A program made the position numbers and the translations under genes. Below are positions 37,636 through 52,593 of a stretch of DNA of 64,000 nucleotides, piece after piece. The notes below the pieces were generated by a model. That model had not been told where the DNA came from and did no database searches. It worked only from the letters and a program-made list of their open reading frames with translations. The stretch spans positions 25,980,001-26,044,000 of the forward strand of contig CM119372.1 in NCBI GenBank assembly GCA_051294905.1, in the 5' to 3' direction. Source of the DNA: Botryllus schlosseri (taxonomy: Eukaryota). How positions within the stretch are numbered: the stretch's first letter is position 1; every line of letters begins with the position of its first letter.

Positions 37636-40600
37636 AGTAATTCCAAGGATAGCTGAGATTCGTCAATGATCGAAATTGCCGTTGCAGTCGATAAAACGAG
37701 GTTGACAAAAACAAGAGACCCGTCATGCTGGTATTCTACAGGGAGGAGGATTTCTCTTCGTCTAGCACTCTAGCTAGACCATTTCGGAGTAATTTGTCCG
37801 CTAAAGATGTGATTTATTTTGCAAGAAGACGGAAAGACCATAAATTGTAATTCATATTAATAGCCTGTCATCAAACAACGTGACAGGTTTAAACAGATCA
37901 AGTACATGAAGCAAGCATTCAGTGTTATTAGGCTACCCAGTTGAATTCATCCAAACTCACCTCCCTCAGATTTTACCGAGTCAAAATTTGTCATCTCCTG
38001 ATCAAAATTTCTTCCGCTGACAATTTCCATTGCGCATCACCACAAGAGGGAGCAAATGGCTAATCACGACGATGAATTATACAATACACATGCAATAGAA
38101 GATATTTTTCAATCCTTTCTAATGTTACAATTCTGCAATAAATTGATATCACGCATGTTACACATATCTGGCGTTCGAGGCATCGAAGGTTTATCTGGGC
38201 CATCCTTTTATTTATCGCTGTTCTTACAGCGTCTTTACGACAAAATCCCGGAGAAGACTTGATGAAGGAAGAATGCAATGTAGCCTAACTAAAGGAAATC
38301 GGTGCCTCATTTTCAGATATTTCCACATTCAAAATTCCTTCGCAAATGGATTCTGGCATGATAAAAATTCGATGTGATGTCATGTGCTAACCAGTAAATA
38401 ATATTTCGAGTCACTTGCTCTGTAATTTTTAATTTCGTGAATGTTAGTGCAAAGCAACTGAAATTTAGGTTGTTCATGACCGGTACAGATCAGACAGAAT
38501 TTGCAGCACCCCAGTGCTTTCTTGAAGGGAGGTAGACGAAAGCGGTTTTTTGTGTTTTCGAGGTTTCTGACCCCACACATAGAAAACTTGGCGACTGGTG
38601 AAGATGGCTTGACAACGTCCTAGTAATTGAGATCTGTATTTGGGATGAGCTGCGGACAGCAAATAAAAAAGCATTCATGCGGTAAAGTATGTCCTGAGAT
38701 CTGTCCAAGAACTCTAGCTAACGTTAAATCGCTGTTAGAGTGCAAGTGAGCTCATATATAATGAACACCGTGACATCTTCACCGTCTAACTTACACTGCC
38801 TACATGAACCGACATCGTATACTAACTGATATAGTATAAATTGTACAATTTCCTTCGTCACTTCGCAAAACATCCTTTCGTTTGATATTCGCTTTCCCGT
38901 ACGAACCCTGAGTGCGAACGTGTCTAATTACCCCGGGCTAGTTCGGAATTGCCATTTTCGTTAGGCGACTGATCTTATCTCTTGAGCAGTGACAAATTAT
39001 TATTGAAAAGACTCAAGCTTGACTGCGATACACGTATATGCATTGATCATACTCCCCATACTCGGTAATTATTTTAATTCTTATTGATCAATTTAGTTGG
39101 TACAACGCGTTTTGCCGAGCGGCGTCAAAGACCAACCTTTATATTTCCACAAGTCACTAACAGTGAATAAATCGTTTTGCTATTCCTCTATCAGTTTTGG
39201 GCATCATTCCTCATGTATACAATTTCATATCTCCGTTCACAGTTTTCAACATAAAGCAGTTACGAACATTGCCCGAGGATATGAACATCGTTGTTAGACA
39301 GAAACAAACTACCTTATCACAAACGCAGATTTACATATATATAGTTTACTTCCGCAAAATTATGATGAGTTTACAGATCCACATTACTGACCTTCTAGTT
39401 ATTAACCGCTCGCACTTGGATTTCAAGTTTATGGGATTAGTTTTTTTTACGAAAATGGTGATGATGGGAATATACCATTGGTCAACCGAAACTGAAATTT
39501 TCAACATATTCACACCGTACTAGCATTTACGCGTCTGTAGAGAATAATTTACGATTTGGATGTGATTGGCGAATGGATGTATCCTTCGGCATAACTTCAA
39601 TTCACTCGGTCGCTGAAGCACGCGTTACAAAAATTACGCGGGGTGTTAAGTAAACATATTACGGTTAGCCTATAAACTTTCTCAGTAATAGATTGTATGA
39701 AGGTGACCCGACAATATTAAACGATTGACGACAATTTTATACGAGTATATAGGATCACTTACCAACGCCTTGCCCTAGGGTCATGATGAGGATTTCACAT
39801 AACGAAACTTGCAAACAACTTAAATTCCTCGACATTTTATAATTTACCAAAATTCATACCATTCGAAGTTGGATGTTCGCAAACCAAGATTTCGTCAACA
39901 ATTGTATTGTCAAATTTTATTTATGTAATAAAAAAACTATATAAACATATAACTATATTTTCTACGATATAGGTGATGCATGGACGGGCGACGAGATTCC
40001 TCAGCAAGGAAAGACGCACAGCATTGAAGTTAGCAAATTCGTTATTGGGTTATAGTTTTCTCTAGGACGAATTGGATGTCCAGATCAGTGATAGCCAATG
40101 CCACACAGAAAATTCCCCAGATACATCATTTATTGATATTTAAATCAAAGACAGTCTCTACAAAGTAATGGTTCAGTGAAGAGATCCGCATTTACTATAT
40201 TGCTGCTGACCAGGATTAACGCAATTCACATTCCCGTATAGCCAAACAACCGCACACATATGTCCGCCTAAAATCATATATGAATAATACTGCTGCAATG
40301 CACTGCACCAACCTCATTCCTCGCCACTGGTTGCATTCAATGGCTTTGAATTGGGTAACAGCTGGTCTCCAATCAGCCTGTCACATTGCGTTCCGGATTT
40401 CGATTCCGAATAAGGACAATGACTAGAGTTTATATAGCGTATGGGATACTACGAATCTGCGATTCGAGATTTCAAAGTATGGATTGAAAGAAACAATAGA
40501 AGAAAACTCACTATTTTCAAAAAAAGTTTCGGCATCTTCCTTCAAGAATTTCTCCAAGTTTGCTCCATGAAGAGAGCCAAATATATTGACTTCTTCCTTT

Positions 40601-43190
40601 GAGAATCTGGCCATTTTCTCGTTTAGTCGGGCTCCAAATTATCGCAAGTTTATGAAATGTTCCTTGACGGCATACACTTCGATAGTATATCTTACGCTAT
40701 ATAATGTAACATAGGTATAGCCTTGAAAAATATAGAAATCCGACAGTATCAGTTGGCTAATCCGCCAGGGTTGTAAAATTATAATATATCACATGGTACA
40801 CGTACCAAATGACCAAATAAGTGCATTTGAAAAAATCAAAACCGTCGTTTAAAGAAATAAGGTTTGCTTCTATCAGGAGCAAATCGTTGATGTATCATAA
40901 AAATGAGGAATTCTAGCGATGTAATTCTTGACCATCCTTACACGGACCGTAAAGTTACCCGACTAACGCAGTATTGTGGGCCATCGGTGTTTAAACAGCA
41001 TTTGAATGTTTCATGAAATTTACTTTTACATTAGTTTCATACTTCTACGTGGTATTTCCCTGCAACTCTCTGCCTGATATTCCAGAATTCATAATTTTTT
41101 TTATATATTATACAGATCAGCATATCATTTCATTGGAATCGGAATTTATTATTCCGGAAATGCCTGCGAATAGGATCATGTCAAAACATTTGTAGATATT
41201 TACTGTGCCTTTACTGCATTCAATAAGGAAATATCACTACAAGATCTTATATATATAATACTTTACCCGAATACGCTGCAATAGAAGTTTCCCCTATGTT
41301 CAATCGCTCACTCTACACAGCATATACTCCATGATCTAGGTCAGGCACCGGGACCGCGCAATCTTGAGTAAGCCTAGGCCGTATGTTACACGCAGCATTA
41401 AAATTTGTTTTGACAACATGGTACGCCTGACTATGTCGTCTGCAATACAACCACTTATCTTCGACCTGTGGCATATAGGTGAATTGAGACGATAAATAGC
41501 AGAGTTTGACTTTTGAACATAATCTGGGACTGGCTGCATAATGTCAAAAAATAGCTCAATGCGACAATGTTAACCTGTAACTGCTGAATATACCATAGTA
41601 AGTAGATTAGATGCTGAAAATATACGTACCGCAGGCTACTAAGTACGAATATTAGTTGGCTACTGTTTTATATTGCAAGCGGATACATTCTTCTGATAAG
41701 TGCAAGAACATAGAACGCAATATTCAGTTGTGACGTTCCATGAATTGGAAATAAACAAAGTAAAAGTTACATTTCTACTCATTGGGATTTCAGTTGCTAC
41801 ACCAATATTCCTGGAAGACAAGCGAAAAAGAAATGATTTGCCCTTTGTTGCGATATCGAGCTCGGTTTAGGAAGCCTAATGATGAAATCATGTCAAGAGA
41901 GGAAGACACCAAAGTGCGTAGAAATTCATTGGAGTCAAGTACTTCCGGAATTCCCTCAGAGAAAAGTTTGGACGTTGTACATTTGGAATAGTTCTGTTTG
42001 TTTAACTTGATGCCGCACCCGCGAGCATGGCAAAATCTTCAAGAAGGCGTGATGTCGTCTAGGAGGTGACACTACGCGAATGCTTGTTGTTGTTAAAGTC
42101 GTATTGTAATTCTTATGAATATCATGCCATTCTTATTATTGCAATGTTTTAGTGCGATCGTCGTATAATCCGGTCGCCTCTGGAGCGAAGCCGGCATCGC
42201 CGAGTCCAGCTGTACAGAATACACGCAGACGTATCCTAAAACTGTTCAAAATCGTTCTCTACACCATATATTTCAATATGTTCCTCATATAAAGAAGACA
42301 CGAGATGGTCAAGATGCACACTAGCAGACTAGCTACCAATGAATCAATATTTGTTGCGATCCAGTATGAGGATGGGAAACAAAAACGGGAAACAAAAACG
42401 GCAACCAATACAATTGACCAGGAAAGCTACCAATAGGGAGTTTGATGTTCGATCAAGCCGGGTAAAAAGTTTTTCCATTATTGTAGCGTAGGCTTTTTTT
42501 ACTGCAATCAGATTTATAGTATCTGCATTGCATGTCGGGGATCACTCGGAGTCGCTAATTAACCGACAATACACTTGCGCCGTAACTTATTTCTCACTGT
42601 ATCCGTAACCCAAGGACCTATTGAAAACGGTATTTTCAATGATTGTTAAGTCCGATGCCATGCCCAAGCAACCAGCTGAAAGATGATAGGTCAACCTTGA
42701 ATAAAGCTCGGCGAGTGAAGTCTATTTCAATACGACTCTAAACTATATTGGCGTTAAGGTTGGAACACTAATTATGGTGATTGTGACGACCCACGTACCC
42801 ACAATCCATTGGTGTGATTGCGTTACCAGCGATGATGCGACACTCGATATTTCAGAGTTGCGTTTGTGACTGTTTTTTTTTGTAAATAATCAGAATCTTT
42901 GAAGTATTCTTGATGTATTCCATAAATTGCAACAACTAATCTCTCGATGCGGCAACAAGGGCAGAACGCGAAATCAAAATTAAGACAAATCTAGTATTGT
43001 CAAAATTGTTACTGATTCCCCCGAATGCTGATTGAAAAAAACACTGTTCATGTTGTATATAATATTATGGCTCGCCTCCGTCACCGCTAGGTGGTTTAAT
43101 CAGAGACAGCCCTTACGATCGACATTATTAGCTTATATTACCGAACAGAGGCAGAGTTAGTCATTCTTGAAGAAATCACAAAATATATTT

Positions 43191-43455
43191 GTGGCAAAAT
43201 AGTGTAGTGGTACGTTCCACAGTTGCAACCACAATGGTCTACCTACAAGTTCGTGTCCGACCGAGGTCGACTTCCTACCCATGTGCCGGAGGTTCATCCG
43301 GGCACGTCCTCGTCATGTCATCCGCGTAAGCGATGTATTATAAAAGCATAGAAATGTGCCTTGCTGCAAGTGGGTTAATACGGAATCACAACGATGAATA
43401 TCGTCCTGGTGTAAAATGACCAATATATAGTCGAAACACCATGAATATCAAAAAG
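43191..43455 (+). mobile_element. SINE family A copy
   Basis: GTTCGTGTCC B-box-like motif and the shared body. Confidence 0.7.
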
Positions 43456-45447
43456 AACTATAGCAACAATAAGAGATACTTGGGTCCTAGGGTGCGAAAT
43501 TGCTCCTGAACTTGGAAGATGTTATGAGCTTATCGGCAATGCAGATACTGGGTGGGAATAACTGGTCTTTGTGAGATAAAACCTAGCTCACTATCTGATA
43601 GGTCTTAATTAGCAAGTTGTGACAGGATCACGATAGGGCATTTAAACCTATAGTGACATTGTCAGCGAGAAACTGTAGATAACAGCAAAGGGAAGACCTT
43701 CGGACATAAATTCGATATACACACACTATGCTGAGCCCTCGTCGCCATAACCAAGGTCCAACCGCGTTTCATCAGAAATGGGTCTTTGGCTCTTGCGCTG
43801 CCGGTTATATTTATATTTCCGACATAGGTCAAGTCCGGTATGGCTCATGATGCCCCATGGAGTGGCCTATCGATTCATTGATGAAGTGAAAGTCTTGCCT
43901 TGGTATCACCGTGTATTGCAGCACTGCAGGACTTCAAAAGATTCCGTAGCATCGATAATTTACGCTATTGTTGAATAAACAGTCGTTTATGCTATATTAT
44001 TCACCATAGAAAGTGAGTAACGTGACTGAATATTAGCGACAGCAGTCCTAAAAAGGTGATTGATTTCAGACTGATCGACCAAATCAGACTGAAGATAACA
44101 ATGCTTGCAAACCATTTGCAGATCTTGTTAGACCGCAGTCACGGTATCTTTTCCACCTATTTAAATTTGTTGGAGAGTGGCTGAAGGATCCAGTATTAGA
44201 TTGGCCAAAATCAGCTATACATATAAAAGAATGACCTCATATGTAAGTCCTGTGAATATAGTTGTTGTGGTGCCAGAGAAGATTCGAAACTGAGCGAGGA
44301 AGTTCCACGCGTCATGTTCATTCGATCAAACTGAAATTCGAGAGACCGAGACAGTGCTGAGCTATATACAAGCGAAAATTGATCTCCACAGAACTTAACA
44401 CTATAGACAAAAGTGCAATAGCTTGATTGTAGACGCCGTATTTCCTTGATAACGAGACTTAATGGGGTGATCAGACGCCAGTAAGGTGATCGCAGAGCTA
44501 CGGCAAAATATCGAGTCAGATCACTTTCTAACTTGACATGATATGATAAATACGCCGTAACTCCCATTTTACTGCATCGGTTAATATCTTATGGCATGAA
44601 GTGTTTCCGAACAACTTCCCTAGTCTGGTGAATATTCGTTTGTCAACATGTGACATGATGTTATTTGTGGAGTCGAAATTTATATACCCCAAAGATTCAT
44701 TCATCTCATCTGTCTGACCTACGCTATCAGTTGCGTACAGTCAAATGCCTCGATCCTCACACAACAATACATGATTTGCCTTCAGATATTGCCTTCGAAA
44801 CTTAACCATGAAAAATAAAAATCACGTGATGTCAAACACCAGCACTATGGCGTCCAATAACATACCGATAACATTGGTGGCAGTGCCGGTTGCATTACAC
44901 GTCGTGATAATTTTTGTTCGTGCTTTGCGGGATAAGGAATGTAACATAACCAGTATTCATCATGAACGCTTCGACATTGTTTACGATTGTGAGATCGCCA
45001 CCGTTATGGAGGATAAGACTGTGTCACAGCGGGCAAAAGGTTAACTACGACTCAATCTACCACTAGCAAGGACGTAAAAATCTACGAAATAACTCTTCAG
45101 AAATATTGTAATTTCAGCGTCAAAATAATTAGCATAGCAGCGTTTCAATATTCGTTGCTTCATGTTGGCAGCCGTGAAGTGTAAAGAAGGTAGATTGTGT
45201 TCCGAAATTGCCACAAATTGCTGTTGGATCAGTCAATCTCTTTCCGTAAACAACAATACCGCATAACGAGAATCCCGTATATATCGACGCTTGCGGAATC
45301 CAAGAAAAGATGGGACTTTTATTGACGTAAACATGTGTTTTCTTATGGCCTGTTTGATTCCAAAGACCGCATCTGTACGAGTTGCCGACAGTTAAGTGAG
45401 GCGAAGTGCCGCACGAACAATTTCATCAATGCTCGTATCTACTAAGC

Positions 45448-46326
45448 CAGTGGTTCTCAACCGTGGGTCCGCGAAGCATTTTCAGGGGACCGCGAAGCCT
45501 CGAAATAGCTGGAAACGTAATTTGTATTTTTTAATTCAGAAAATCACGAGGCAGTTTCGCTTCATTACTAGTAAAACTCCAGAGCTCACATCAACAGAAT
45601 GGCCTTCTGAGATGAAGTATCCTGCTGTGAAGACTCATTTGAATTGCTAAATTGTCAGTAGCCTACTGATACAAACACGTTTTCGGTTTAGAGGTGTTTT
45701 GTTTGAGATTGTGGAGAAAAAAGTTGGATGAGTAAGGCCAATCACGATGACTCCGAAATGTTTACAAAATTCCATTTTGTTCTGTCATATATATAAACAT
45801 TTTATCCATAATAACTTCAAGATAAGCTGCTAGATCGAATTGACCAGGCAACAAATATTTTTAAGGAACATATAATGTTATATGTTCCTTAAAAATATTT
45901 GTTTGTCAATGTTGGTGTCATATTTATTGCGATCATACCCAAATGTGTCGTCGGAAGCGTTACGCGATATTATTACATTCGACACCACCTTTAGGCTATG
46001 TGTGGAAATGGATTTTCGGCACTCGTTGATATATAACCGAAAAAGTGGATTTTCAAGACACGACCACGTAATACAAGAAATGCAGTTGCAGAATTCGCTT
46101 TGAAATAATAGAAGTCAACCTAATTTCTACATGAACACTATGATCTTATTTTCAAGAAAAGTAATTTTGTTGCTGTTTATCACTAATCCTTCAGTTATCA
46201 TTTGCACGAGACAGATGACGATTGCACGATAATTGAGCTAAATTTGAACTAAAACTTCGTGGGGTCCGCGGGGGTCCGCATCGGTCCGAAAGGGGTCCGC
46301 GAAGACAAAAAGGCTGAGAACCACTG
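45448..46326 (+). mobile_element. Non-autonomous hAT with a decayed transposase C-terminal remnant
   Basis: CAGTGGTTCTCAACC TIRs, GGGGTCCGCG repeats; YPNVSSEALRDIITFDTT resembles the hAT dimerisation region. Confidence 0.8.
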
Positions 46327-48471
46327 TGCCAAGTAAACGGATGATTTGAATCAACGGATGTTCACGTGAATTGCGAGGGTCTCAAGGCGAGGGAAGATAC
46401 GTTAATGTTTGGTGATGAGATATTCTATTAGGACATACGAAGCATTATTTGTCCATAACTGCCAAATCTGCAGGTCTCACATAAATCGAATGACCGTTGA
46501 ACATGATATATCTAAATTTTCATAGCACCACTTGATGCTTATAACTCTTCGCCATGGGCGACAGGCTGCTGGAGAGAGGGGGGGGGGCAAATGTGAGGTA
46601 ATGATCTTTTTTATTACTTTTAGTCGACACAACAAGATTTCCAGTAAATAAAATTGAAAAGATTGCAATTATTTCAAAGTTGTGGGCGGCATTTTAAACG
46701 AAAGGCATGAACGGCAGCATATGCTCCTACTCCACTGCATGGAAGTCTTTAATCTATGGGCAGCCCTCAATTGCCGCAACACAACTTGTCGTCAAACCAG
46801 CCAGCAGAGAATTCGTTTATCATTTGTAAACCGCTCATTAACTGATAACATTCTTGTGTGTGTAGTCTGTTTTAAATAATTCATTCTGACATTGTCGGGG
46901 GGTCAGCGCGGTCGGCTGGTAAATCTACCGCTACCGACGCTACAGACCCCGGTTCGATATTCGTCACTGGACCTTTTCGAAACGTGGGAATTGTATCAAA
47001 GCTCCTCATACGCTACGTCGCCGTTCCTAAGGCGTCTTTAGAAATAAGCCAAGAAAAATATCCAGTGAAGGACGAAGGAAAAGCGTATCGACCCATATGC
47101 ACCAGAGCAAAAAGATTCGTTGGAGTCAGTCTTTTAAAATTATCCAATTGGACGGGAGTTCAAATTCTACAATATGTGTTACAGTAAAAGTTTTAGTGAG
47201 TGGGTCTGATAGTGCAATGTTAACGCCATGATTCCTGGCGGAATAAATTATATATGGTCTATTATTGGAGTATCTCTGGGGCATTTTAGGAGGAAATCTT
47301 CCACAGATTCACATCCACGCCTTAGGGTGCATTTACATGAATCCGCATATAGATACCGGATACCATTGTCCTTTAACCCGCTATTAGAAGTCCCCACACG
47401 TATCAATCATCGATACACTGCCATAAATTGTCCAATAGGGACGTATTGAATAAGAATGCTCGATACAAAAGGTATGCGTAGCCGGGAAGCATCTCGTACC
47501 GCTATTGGAGCACTGGAGTGACAATGACAAATTTTCAATTGGGAAGATAGGAAATTTGAATATAGTTTGGTTTTAGACAGTTGTTGTCAATTTGTTTAGC
47601 CACGCACCTCCTTAATGATAGTGGAAAATTCCCCCCCTCTTATCCCCATCATAAAATGCAACCAGGATGCTGGCTATCCCAACGGATAGTTTGATGGCAT
47701 GGGAGGTTATGACTGTTGATGAGAGAATTCTGAAACAAGATATTTGGACTAAGCACACGGCAAAAACTATGAATTGGAGGTAAATCGCACGGAACGTGAA
47801 AAAGTTCTCAGTTGGCCGCAGCTTCACGCCCCATTCAGACGCTTTCACGCCCCCAAGGGGGGCGGGCCCCCAGTTTGAGAACCACTGTTTCAGGAAGTTT
47901 TAATGAATACCTCCGATTCCTGAACTGTCGACTCAGGGCGCGGTAGACTATGAATTTCGTTCTTATGAGACATGCTTTTTGCACGACGATGAAGTGCTAA
48001 ACAAATCCTCAAAAATTCGGCTTCTAGTCCAGAGTCGATTGCTGTGGAAATCAAGGTCACTGTATGACATGGGGAGTCCCTAACATATTTAATCCATCTT
48101 CATGCGATGCATGAATAGTTGAATACCTATTTGCCTACAATGCTACGTGGAAAAGACCACACAGATTGGTCGATACCTATGCTAAACGTATCAACATTAA
48201 ACCTACATCGCTCTTACGAGGGATCCCCGAAATATTTGAAAAACCAGTATAAGACGAAACATAATGTCGCAGTGATTCAGTGATCTTCATACATGCATGA
48301 TACGTAAATGTTATGAAGTTTAGTTGGATGATCTTCCGAATGTAATACCGAGAACTTCCGACTTATGGCATCAATATTGTTAAAAAGAAGTTCGTAAGAC
48401 TTGTAGCATTAATCGCACTATGCTGTCCCAGATCGAGAATATGAATGAATTACTTAAATCATGCTACAGAT

Positions 48472-49369
48472 CAGTGGTGCTCCACCTTATTTTTCGTCGC
48501 GGACCCCTTTTGGAGCATCACGGACCACCGTGGACCCCATCAAGATTTAGTTCAAATTCAGTTCAATTATCGTGCAACGATATCTATCTTGGGCAAATAG
48601 TAACGGTAAGCTTGTTATAAACGGCAACATAATGACCCTTTTTGTAATAATATCATACTACATGTAGAAACTAGGCAGACTATCATTATTTTGAAACGAA
48701 TTATGTTGCTGCATTTCTGAAATATGTGGTTAGTGCCGTGAAAATCCATTCGATACAATATGAACGAGGGCCTAATATCCATTTCCACAAAGATAGGCGG
48801 AGACGAATGTAATAATAACGCGTAACGCTTCCGACGACATCTTTGAGTATGATCGCAACACATATGGCACAAAAATGGAGAAACAGATTTGTTAATGAAT
48901 ACATCACGTCAAGCCTAGTCATTTCTATCCAGTAGCTCATTTTGAAGTTATTCTGGACAGAGTAGGTAAAACAACTTCAGAAATTTGTATTTCAAACGAC
49001 TGTTCATTAATTTGCTGAGACTGACAAATTCAAATCCACAATGCTTTGCAAACATTTCGAAACCACCCTGATTGACCATACTATACTCCAACATTTTATC
49101 ATACCAAAACACCTTTAATCAGAAAGATGTTCGTATCAGTGAGCTATTCGCAATTTGGAAATTAAAATGAGTTGGCACAGTACGATATTGCTTCTCAGAC
49201 AGCCATTCTCTTGAGGCGTGTCCTGAATTTTCAGCAGTTATGCAGCGAAACTGCTTCGTGATTTTCTTGATTTAGAAATTTACAGATTAGGTCATCATTC
49301 ATTAAGCAGATATACATGTTTCGCAGGCCCTCTGAAAATGCTTCGTGAACCCCCGGTTGAGAACCACTG
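48472..49369 (-). mobile_element. Second copy of the 45448-46326 family, inverted
   Basis: CAGTGG...GAACCACTG termini and homologous internal sequence; further fragment at ~1680-1810. Confidence 0.78.
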
Positions 49370-50552
49370 CTATAGGCCATGAGAATGCAGATTCTGTATG
49401 CGCCGACTAAACAAATGCAAGATCAATTAGTGACATTATCTAACGACTCAGGTGATTTTAAATAATGACACAGGGAAAATCTGCGGCTATACCTTGATAT
49501 TTGACATACAAGATTTGCAAATAAAAGTTCAGCTAATCAAAGAATACTTTGGGCTGTAGTTTAAAATAAATCTTAAATAAATCCCTGACTTCCGAAATAA
49601 ATACATAGTACGCTATTCTACCAAGTTTCAATCACGTTCCGAGATAGTGATTTTAAACTTGTCAATCTGCTGTTTTAACTATTATAATGATCAGTACAGG
49701 AAGGTAGGTTACTAGCTAAACCAACACAATTTTTAAAACAATAGCAAGAATATTCCGCCAAACTAATCTTGTCTAATCTTTACCAACGTTCGATAGACCA
49801 CACGATCAGTGCACTAGACTCTAGACTGCTAATAGCTAAATTCTGAACTTCTAAATAATATATTCCACCCAACTAACCTTGTGAGGATTGTCACTGAGTT
49901 ATTTCGAAATTTAATCTAGGAAAGAGCTATTTTCATTTGAAGAAAAAATCACTATCGGTGCGCGGCGTGTTTGCCACAAACTTATATTATCCGTGTTATC
50001 TCAATGTCTAGTACCTAGCACCGCCAATGTAGCACTTCTATTTATTCATGCTCAATGGCGTCATCACCTATCAAACCTCTAGGCGCAGGATGTCTCACTC
50101 GAGATAATAATACAACTGAAATCCAGTCCAGCATACTTAGCATAAATTCGCTTACTACCACACGAGTTTGATTTATTCCGGAACATCATATTTCTCTTAC
50201 TACAAATTTCCACGGTACAGAATATTTCGACACTGATTGCGATAATTCTCAACTCAGTAATTTAAAAACGCAGTAGCATCGAAGTAATAGGTGAGATGAT
50301 CAGCGATCATCGACAATTCAGATAAACGATACTTTTTGATAAAAAATGTTGTTTTCGCATCTGATCAAATAATAATGGATGAAAACGACAGTAATACATA
50401 AATTGATAAAGAGATATCCATGTGCAACTAGAGTGGATTCTGTTATACCAAGACGCAAAAAGGTGTTACACACTTAAACAGAACCGGATGCCTGACTTCA
50501 TTTATGTCCATATCAATTGTTGTATTTGACTTTTTTTCAAGCATTGGAATTT

Positions 50553-51090
50553 GGGTTGCGTTTAAAACTAATGGTTGTTTAAAACACTTCGTTTGAAAAA
50601 TGTATTAAAACAGTGTTTTTAACAAATGCCTTTTGCAAAACAACAAATTTTTTTTAAGTTGTCTTTTCGTCTAAATACTTTCCAAAAACAAGTTGTATGA
50701 GCCTACTGACGATTACCACCCGATATAGTGGACGTATACGATATGGGATGGTTGGAGCCCGCGAAATAATTGGTTCAACAGCTATAGTACGTAGATATAG
50801 ATCATTTGTAAGGAATAAATGTTCCGATAATGATGACCGCCTGCCATAAAAATGTTGCATGACGATGCAGTCCCGGTTAAAGATATTTTTGGGCCGTATA
50901 CGACCGGGATTGGAGGCACATTTCGTCAAAGGATATATATTTACCCAATATTTTAATTTGTCAATTTAATCCACTATGATATAACAATTGAATATTCGTG
51001 ACGTCATTGTTTGAAAAAAAAACACGTTTTAAACAAGGGCCTTGTTTCAAACATTTTTGTTTTAAACTAATTTTTGGTTTGGATGCAACC
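50553..51090. mobile_element. Second copy of the 11809-12333 element
   Basis: Homologous internal sequence (similar pseudo-ORFs DCIVMQ.FYGR) in the opposite orientation. Confidence 0.72.
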
Positions 51091-51318
51091 GTAATTGGAA
51101 TGGATGTGAAATCACAATTTGGTACTAGAAAGTGCCGGCGGCGTGATTTACACCACCTACGCTATCGTGGAAATCTGATAAATACATCAATTTCCCCCCA
51201 CATGTTTGCAGTGCATTTCATAGTGATGCGAATGTCGTATTCCAAACAGGAATAATGTGAAAGATTATTCCTTGTATATGTGGACTTTGTGAATAAGTTT
51301 ACGAAGATTAGGTAATAG

Positions 51319-52593
51319 CAGAGGTGGTCAGTAACGAAGTACTTCTACTTTTTCGAAGTACTCAAGTAGTTTTCCTCTACTTCTGGTACTTACTCAAGTA
51401 GATCTGAGTTTCGCTACTTCTACTTCTACTTCATAATTTTTGTGATCTACTTACTTACTTTTCGCTATTTTCAGTTTGTCAAGTAGAAGTAGTTTAATCC
51501 TCCAATCAGGAAGATAGCCTGAGGAATTTAGGAGCTGTTTTCAAGGATTACCAACATTTAATTTTCATAAAAGTTGAGTAAAGCTCGGAATTTTCGTCGC
51601 GCTCCGCGCTCAGTGGATACCGAGTAACCAGCATGATTTCACGAAAGTTTCGGTGAATATAATTTAGGTAGCGGGTTGGCGTGGTTCCGTTCTCACCGCA
51701 TTGTCGCCCTTTGCCCATATGAAACATTTCATCATGGCTCATCATAACGTTTCAAACTGATGTTTAGCAATCTAGCATTTCCCTATCATATCGTAATCTA
51801 GCAGTCCATGACGTATCCTAATCTGGAAAAGTGGAATCTGACTTTTGTTAGTTTTACAGCTGTTTTAGCATACCACCTTTGACACTTTCTGGACTAAAGA
51901 CATAACTATGAAATAAATTTTCCGCATTTATAATTAGTATTTATATTTCACTTTCAATTCCCAGTATCATATATATTTGAGTTATATTTATAATTTATAT
52001 CAGTAGTATAAAAGTAAGTGTAGTAGGCTAATACCTTTTATTTCCGGAAATAAAGCTACACAATATGGCATTTTTACAGTCCACCATATTTTTCATTCAC
52101 GTTTTATAATCGCGCAAAGTGTTTACTCCGTATCCTATACAACTTCTCCGTATTGCTCTTTGACTAAACTACGAGCCTAACATGGGGGGTGCGCCATACC
52201 ATGATATTTTCCAAAACTTGCTGTTCGATTAAACATAGGATTAGTATCGCATTTCCATATCAATATCAGTCATCATTTTCATCACATTATGCGGACGAAT
52301 GCTTATTCTGTGGAAAATTGAATACCTCGGGATATGCATCAATATGAATTCAGCTCGACACCTTCTGGCATAGCTCAATTTGCACCTTTTGACAACCCAT
52401 GCGAACGAATTACGATCGTTTTCACAACTACTTACTTACTTGAGTAGATTTAAAGTCGGTCAATTCTACTTCTACTTCAAGTAGTTTTAGGTTGCTTGTG
52501 GAAGAAGTACTTCTACTTGTACTTGAGTAGATTTTTTCGACACTACTTCTACTTCTACTTGAGTAGCTTTCTTGACTACTTTGACCACCTCTG
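51319..52593. mobile_element. Non-autonomous hAT with TACTT/AAGTA subterminal arrays
   Basis: CAGAGGTGGTCA TIRs, perfect TSD GGTAATAG. Confidence 0.9.
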
